Origin: a virus
Lineage: Duplodnaviria > Caudoviricetes
Reading direction: 5' to 3' (one strand)
Length of the DNA: 29,181 nucleotides
IMG/VR virus record: IMGVR_UViG_3300032253_000030
Coordinates: 1-29,181 of that record
Position 1 is the stretch's first letter, and each line of letters begins with the position of its first letter. A program made the position numbers and the translations under genes. Below the pieces are notes generated by a model. That model made no database searches. It saw nothing but the letters and a program-made list of their open reading frames with translations, and had not been told where the DNA came from. This document shows positions 24,774 through 29,181 of this stretch, piece by piece.

Positions 24774-25154
24774 TTAGTTTGCCTCCTGGGCGGTTTTGTA
24801 TTCTGTGGGTTTTTCTTTTGTGACGGTTGTAAATTCTAGGGTTTGTTGGTTGGGGTCGTTGCGTTGCAAGTTGCCCTGTGGTGTACCAAAAAAGATGGTT
24901 GATGCTGCTGGGAATTGCGGTATGTCGGCTTTTACGTCGCCACGTAGCTCATATTGACCGCTGCAATTTTTGCCAATTGGGGCGATGTTGATTTTTAGGG
25001 TTACTGATCCTTGTTTGCCGACTTCTCGAACGGCCTGAACTACTTGACTGAGTAGATCGGATAGTTCCTTTTGTGTGCGGCCTTCACGTAGTTGTTTTAG
25101 GGTGTGTAGGTACAGGTCTGGTCTGCAGTCCGTTTCTGTGGGTGTTTCTGGCAT
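24774..25154 (-). CDS. Hypothetical protein, usual upstream partner of DUF2303 (YfdP-like)
   Basis: 'L..LREG...ELS..L..VV.AV...GKQGSVTLKI...IFF.T..GNL.R.DP.Q..L'; AAGGGAG RBS. Confidence 0.75.
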   Translation of the reverse strand: MPETPTETDCRPDLYLHTLKQLREGRTQKELSDLLSQVVQAVREVGKQGSVTLKINIAPIGKNCSGQYELRGDVKADIPQFPAASTIFFGTPQGNLQRNDPNQQTLEFTTVTKEKPTEYKTAQEAN

Positions 25155-25201
25155 GGTTTGTCTCCCTTTGTGATTTGCACTTAAAAGTCCCAATAAGAAT
25201 T

Positions 25202-25230
25202 ATAATAGTCCTACAGTGGGACGCGGTCAA
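25202..25230 (-). promoter_or_regulatory. pL promoter with operator in the spacer
   Basis: Minus strand TTGACC-17-TATTAT; operator GTCCCACTGTAGGAC at 25208-25222. Confidence 0.8.
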
Positions 25231-25294
25231 GTGTTGTGAGTGAAATATTTATATGCTTATATTGAAATGTTAGGGAAATTAAAGGGGTGAGCTA

Positions 25295-25804
25295 ATGTCA
25301 ATCGTTAGTTTAATTGCAGTATTGTGGCTGGTAGGGACATTTGGTGATGCGATCATTTCAAGTTTTAATTCTAGTAAGCAAGAAGAGAGCAAGGCGTTTG
25401 TAATAGAAAAGGTAGTTGAAAATGATGATGCAGAACAGGTGCGTTTAAATGCCTCATACCAGAAAATGCGAGAAAAAATAAATTTATTAGGTTATAGCGA
25501 TTATGGTGGTGGCATCTTAGGTATCAAATACCATATTGAAGACGGGCGCACTTTAGGCTCACTAAAAGATAGCTTATATAATCCGCAATTTGATTGGAAA
25601 TTGTGGGATGTATTTTCTGATGTGGTTTTGTATAGGCTAGATGATGCAGAAGAAGCTTTCACTATTGGTGTTATTCGGGAAAAAAACAAGGTATACGCGC
25701 CAGATTCTTATTTAGATGAAGGCTTCTATGCTATCCAGGGATCGCTCCCTGTTTCCGCAGTGGGGGATGTAATAATTTTTGTTAGGGTTTCTGGAGACCA
25801 TTAG
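25295..25804 (+). CDS. Membrane-anchored/exported hypothetical protein in the immunity region
   Basis: AGGGGTG RBS; N-terminal hydrophobic helix; convergent with cI. Confidence 0.7.
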   Translation: MSIVSLIAVLWLVGTFGDAIISSFNSSKQEESKAFVIEKVVENDDAEQVRLNASYQKMREKINLLGYSDYGGGILGIKYHIEDGRTLGSLKDSLYNPQFDWKLWDVFSDVVLYRLDDAEEAFTIGVIREKNKVYAPDSYLDEGFYAIQGSLPVSAVGDVIIFVRVSGDH

Positions 25805-26478
25805 TTTTTATATTTATGTAGTATTCGTCTGTGCTCAATGATTGGCCCTATAATTGTAGCTCTATTGTCGCTATTTATTGTGACTGAAGGGAAAAAGTTA
25901 TTGCTGGGTATTAGTGTGTATTCTGCCCCTCCTTTCTCATCAAAGCCGTCTAACTTATATTTGCCAACGAGGTAAATTTCGGATTTTTCCATTCTTACAA
26001 CGATAATATCGCCTGGTTGTGCATTGCAATCGGGATCGATGATGATAATATCGTCTTGATATATGTTCGGCTCCATGACGCCGTTTGACATATAGATCGC
26101 GAAAGCGTTTTTAGATAAATGCGGTGCTAGATATTCATCTATGGGAATGTTTTTGATGTCGTCTGAGTCAATGTTTAATGTTCTGTCTTTGTAGTTAAAG
26201 TCTTCAATTTTTATTAATGGTATGGATTTTTGGGGCTTTATGACGTCATAGCCGCTCGTCGCTTCTCTTATTTTATTAAAATAATCTGGCCTTATGTCAT
26301 CTACAGTTATTTGATAGTCGAGGCCAATAATTACATCAGGGATAGCTTCAATCGGTATATTCTTTCGATTGTACCAGTTCCTTACAGTGCTTGATGGAGT
26401 GTTTATTTTTTCTGCAAGCGCTTCAATCCCGCCTAATTTTTTAGTTACAAAAATAATTTTTTCCCAGTTTGTTTCCAT
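25801..26478 (-). CDS. CI-like repressor (Cro/YdaS-type HTH plus degenerate S24 domain)
   Basis: HTH 'GGIEALAEKINTPSSTVRNW'; S24-like 'AFAI...MEP...DIIIIDP...PGDIIVV...L.PSN..FP...IIG'; divergent from cro. Confidence 0.85.
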   Translation of the reverse strand: METNWEKIIFVTKKLGGIEALAEKINTPSSTVRNWYNRKNIPIEAIPDVIIGLDYQITVDDIRPDYFNKIREATSGYDVIKPQKSIPLIKIEDFNYKDRTLNIDSDDIKNIPIDEYLAPHLSKNAFAIYMSNGVMEPNIYQDDIIIIDPDCNAQPGDIIVVRMEKSEIYLVGKYKLDGFDEKGGAEYTLIPSNNFFPSVTINSDNRATIIGPIIEHRRILHKYKN

Positions 26479-26495
26479 TATTCTACTTTCCAGAG

Positions 26496-26524
26496 TTGAC
26501 AATGTCCCTTGATAGGACTATTTT
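26496..26524 (+). promoter_or_regulatory. pR promoter with operator in the spacer
   Basis: TTGACA-17-TATTTT; operator GTCCCTTGATAGGAC at 26504-26518. Confidence 0.8.
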
Positions 26525-26531
26525 ATTCATA

Positions 26532-26810
26532 ATGAATATTTCAAATCCCAATTACGCAAAAGCAGCGCTTGAAAAAGTGCTTAACCTGGTTGATAGCCAA
26601 GCTGATTTGGCAAATCGTTTAGGCCTGCCAGGAAGCACGGTAAGAAATTGGCCTTTACGAGGTCGAGTTCCACCGCATGAATGCGTGGCTGTTTCCATTG
26701 CGGTTGAAGGGCAAGTTTCAGTTTTAGCGCTCATGGGTTATGAGCCGGTCGATGTTGAAAGCGTTTCAAACGTCTCTATCACTCGAGAGAGTAATGCCGC
26801 GTGTTCTTGA
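26532..26810 (+). CDS. Cro-like regulator
   Basis: 'SQADLANRLGLPGSTVRNW..RGRVP'; ATG 7 nt after the -10 box. Confidence 0.85.
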   Translation: MNISNPNYAKAALEKVLNLVDSQADLANRLGLPGSTVRNWPLRGRVPPHECVAVSIAVEGQVSVLALMGYEPVDVESVSNVSITRESNAACS

Positions 26811-26983
26811 TCTGCACGCTCGGCTTTGTCCTTGAGTTTGTTAATGAAGTTTTTTTTGCACAGTGGTGGTAGTTCGGATGCTACGTCTGTGATTGCACCA
26901 ATAAGAAAGTATAGGTGGCGGCTGTCGTGTTCTAGTTCAGCTATCCGCTCGGTGGGGGTTTTGTTGTAAATTTGATCGGTCAT
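26738..26983 (-). CDS. Hypothetical protein antisense to the pR operon
   Basis: Strong AAGGAG RBS 6 nt before ATG; 81 aa. Confidence 0.55.
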   Translation of the reverse strand: MTDQIYNKTPTERIAELEHDSRHLYFLIGAITDVASELPPLCKKNFINKLKDKAERADQEHAALLSRVIETFETLSTSTGS

Positions 26984-27084
26984 GGGGTGCTCCTTCGTTG
27001 CTACGATCTTTAACTTTGGCGAGTTTCGATTGTAGCGCGTAGGCGCTCTCCTTTACAAATTAACCCATTGGAGGGGTTTGAGCT

Positions 27085-27711
27085 ATGAAGCCTGTTACTC
27101 AGCAATTTGTACCCAGTGAAACTCGTACGATTACTGTTCTGCGTCACGTTACAAACTATCTTTTTTCTACATCTACTACAGATGCTGCTTTTGCGATGAG
27201 TGTGGTGGAGGTTTATCACCAGCGGGTGCCTGTTCGGGCGGCGCGTATTTTTGATTTTCATGAAACCAGTAACACTGTGAAGGATATGAAAGCTAATACT
27301 CAGTTGGTTAGCCGTATTTTGAATCGCGTCACTCGTATGCCTGCTGATTTGGAGGAAGCGTTTGTTTTGTCTATGTCGGAGGAGTTTCGAGAAGCTTGCA
27401 AACGTGATTTGGCTGAGCGTTATGGTTTGTTGGCTGTACGTATTCCTATTGCTGAGCCGTGTGAGGATTTAGCAAATCTACAACGAATTTTGAAGGAAAC
27501 GGGTGAGGCGATTACTGCGTTGGGTCCGATTTTGGCTGATGGCAAGATTGATTTGGATGACCGTCCACATGCTAAGCATGCGTTGCAGCAAGTGAATGAG
27601 GCGCAAGCTGCGTTACTTGAAATGAGTGTTCGTATTACGGCTATTCTGCCGGATAACCAGGAGGTGAGTCATGATGCAGGGGGTAGTGGTAACGTCACCC
27701 GTATTGGGTGA
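27085..27711 (+). CDS. CII-like/YmfL-like phage regulatory protein
   Basis: Position after cro; GGAGGGG RBS; C-terminal 'LKETGEA...LADGKIDLDD' motif. Confidence 0.6.
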   Translation: MKPVTQQFVPSETRTITVLRHVTNYLFSTSTTDAAFAMSVVEVYHQRVPVRAARIFDFHETSNTVKDMKANTQLVSRILNRVTRMPADLEEAFVLSMSEEFREACKRDLAERYGLLAVRIPIAEPCEDLANLQRILKETGEAITALGPILADGKIDLDDRPHAKHALQQVNEAQAALLEMSVRITAILPDNQEVSHDAGGSGNVTRIG

Positions 27712-27836
27712 TGGTGGTCGGGTTGGTAATTTGTCACGCGGTGAGTGTGAGCTTTGCGGTTGGTGGAGTTCTGATTTGATTTTGCTTGCGTGCGGTTGTT
27801 GTCGTACACGTTATGGTTTGGACAAGGAGGTTGAAC

Positions 27837-28481
27837 GTGAGTGATATTTTGATTGGTCTTTCTGGTAGGGCTGGCAGCGGTAAGGATACTGTTGCGGATT
27901 ATTTGGCATCTGATTATGGGTTTTCTCGATTTCAATTGGCAACTCCGATTAAGTCGCATTTGCACGCTGTTGTCGGGCTTTCTGATGCGCAGTTGGATGG
28001 CGATTTGAAAGAGGTTGTTTTGCCTGAGTTGGGCAAGTCGCCCCGGGCGATGATGCAAGATTGTGGCGACTATTTTCGGCGTTATTTTGGTGAGGATGTT
28101 TTGTTGTCGCTGTTGTCTCGCCAGTTGGAGCATGCGCAGAGTTGTTTTGCGTCGAGTTGTTTACGTTTTGGTAATCTTGGTGGTCCTCAATTCAATGTGG
28201 TGGTGTCTGATGTGCGCTTGAATAATGAGGCGGATTGGATTCGTGTCCGTGGCGGTACTGTTTTGCATGTTGTACGTGATGATGTCAGAGCGGTGCGTGA
28301 GCATGTGACTGAGGCGGGTGTGGCGTTGCATCGTGATGATTTGCAGATTGTTAATAATGGGTCGATCGATGATTTGTTGAGAAAGATCGACACGATTGTT
28401 TTGGAGGTGCTTGGCGGTGAGCGAGATGATTCGCTGAATGATGGTGTTGATGAGCATGCGGTGGCCTTGGGTGAGGTATGA
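27837..28481 (+). CDS. Deoxynucleoside monophosphate kinase (T4 gp1-like)
   Basis: 'LIGLSGRAGSGKDTVA', 'SPRAMMQ..G', 'VVSDVRLNNEA', 'HVTE', 'IVNNGS'; AAGGAGG before GTG at 27837. Confidence 0.88.
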   Translation: MSDILIGLSGRAGSGKDTVADYLASDYGFSRFQLATPIKSHLHAVVGLSDAQLDGDLKEVVLPELGKSPRAMMQDCGDYFRRYFGEDVLLSLLSRQLEHAQSCFASSCLRFGNLGGPQFNVVVSDVRLNNEADWIRVRGGTVLHVVRDDVRAVREHVTEAGVALHRDDLQIVNNGSIDDLLRKIDTIVLEVLGGERDDSLNDGVDEHAVALGEV

Positions 28482-28669
28482 GTCAAACACTTTTTTATCA
28501 TAACGATCCTACGCTTGAAGGTGCGCAACGGATGGAGATTAATGAGAAAGGTTGTGCCATTTGCGATCGTGCGCAGTGGCTTTCAACTGGTAAGTCTGTT
28601 TGCACTAAGGGTAAGAAGTTTCCCTTTTGTAAAAGTGATCGTAAAAACGGATTTCGGTTGATTTCGTAA
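28478..28669 (+). CDS. Small Cys-rich hypothetical protein
   Basis: GAGGT RBS; CAIC...C...C; coupled to both neighbours. Confidence 0.65.
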   Translation: MSQTLFYHNDPTLEGAQRMEINEKGCAICDRAQWLSTGKSVCTKGKKFPFCKSDRKNGFRLIS

Positions 28670-29181
28670 TGGCGATTAAACTGAATAATGATGAGCTTGA
28701 TACATTGCGTGGCTTGCGGTATGAGTTGTTTGTGTTGTATGTGCGCTTACGCGAACGGATGGATTATGCTTCTGGTTTTGTGGGTCAAAGATTTGGGTGT
28801 GGCATCTCTTGGCAGGGATTAAGAGAGGATTTATATGTAGAGCCAATGCGCGGGGTTTCAACTTGTACTCCCAGCCGTGAGGCTGTTCGGCGTATGTCGG
28901 TGACGCTTGAGAGAGAGGGGTTGTTAGTTAATCGAAGTCGTGGGAAACGGTTAATTTTTGAGTGTGTTTTGGCTGATACGGATAAGTCCGTCCAAATAAA
29001 AGCCGACAGTGAAACGACATACCTGGCCGACACAGAAACGACACACCAAGCCGACACACAAGCCGACATCTCGCAGCCCAGTGGCAGCGAGGGTTTAAGG
29101 GGTTATCCCGACATAGAATCCGACATACCGAAAACACCGAAAGGCGACATACCAAAAACACCGAAAGCCGACACACATCCG
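28669..29181 (+). CDS. Putative phage replication initiator, N-terminal part (runs off window; absent from the ORF track)
   Basis: ATG at 28669 overlaps the upstream TAA; frame open to the end (MAIKLNNDEL...ISWQGLREDLYVEP...SREAVRR...LEREGL, wHTH-like), followed by a repetitive linker. Confidence 0.7.
   Translation, partial: MAIKLNNDELDTLRGLRYELFVLYVRLRERMDYASGFVGQRFGCGISWQGLREDLYVEPMRGVSTCTPSREAVRRMSVTLEREGLLVNRSRGKRLIFECVLADTDKSVQIKADSETTYLADTETTHQADTQADISQPSGSEGLRGYPDIESDIPKTPKGDIPKTPKADTHP
29001..29178 (+). repeat. Iteron-like direct repeats (candidate replication origin)
   Basis: About eight (G/C)CGACA(C/T/G) units, plus a 24-bp tandem CGACATACC(G/A)AAAACACCGAAAG. Confidence 0.65.

Noticed and set aside
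27010-29176. Minus-strand ORFs opposite cII-like, kinase and replication genes
   Set aside because: Likely artefacts of strong G/T skew; they overlap clear + strand genes.
29001-29178. CRISPR array
   Set aside because: Short irregular repeats inside an open reading frame, with no unique spacers or cas genes.

Overview
Temperate, P2/Mu-like contractile-tail phage, probably of a Gammaproteobacterial host. It is seen in the non-integrated arrangement, because an intact attP lies mid-window. Gene order: end of tail tube; an ~8.5 kb insert of carbohydrate-active virion-type genes (a double-SGNH protein, a beta-helix/malectin protein, a LamG protein); tail X, E/E' (-1 frameshift), tape measure, U, D; lysis cassette (GH108 endolysin, holin candidates, overlapping spanins); thermonuclease; attP carrying a copy of the 5' end of a low-molecular-weight protein-tyrosine phosphatase gene; an SDH/ClpP-fold protease two-gene moron; int-xis; leftward early operon; immunity region (pL/pR with a shared operator, a cI with a degenerate S24 site, cro); cII-like gene, dNMP kinase and the start of a replication gene with iterons. 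The main finding is an array of integron-type attC sites (about 19.3-23.1 kb) in the early operon, with no IntI gene in the window. These sites package phage-type genes as cassettes. Every gene is inverted relative to its attC, most stop on the complement of the GTTA crossover motif, and three have their RBS and start codon inside the attC loop. All calls are by-eye motif recognition; no searches were run.
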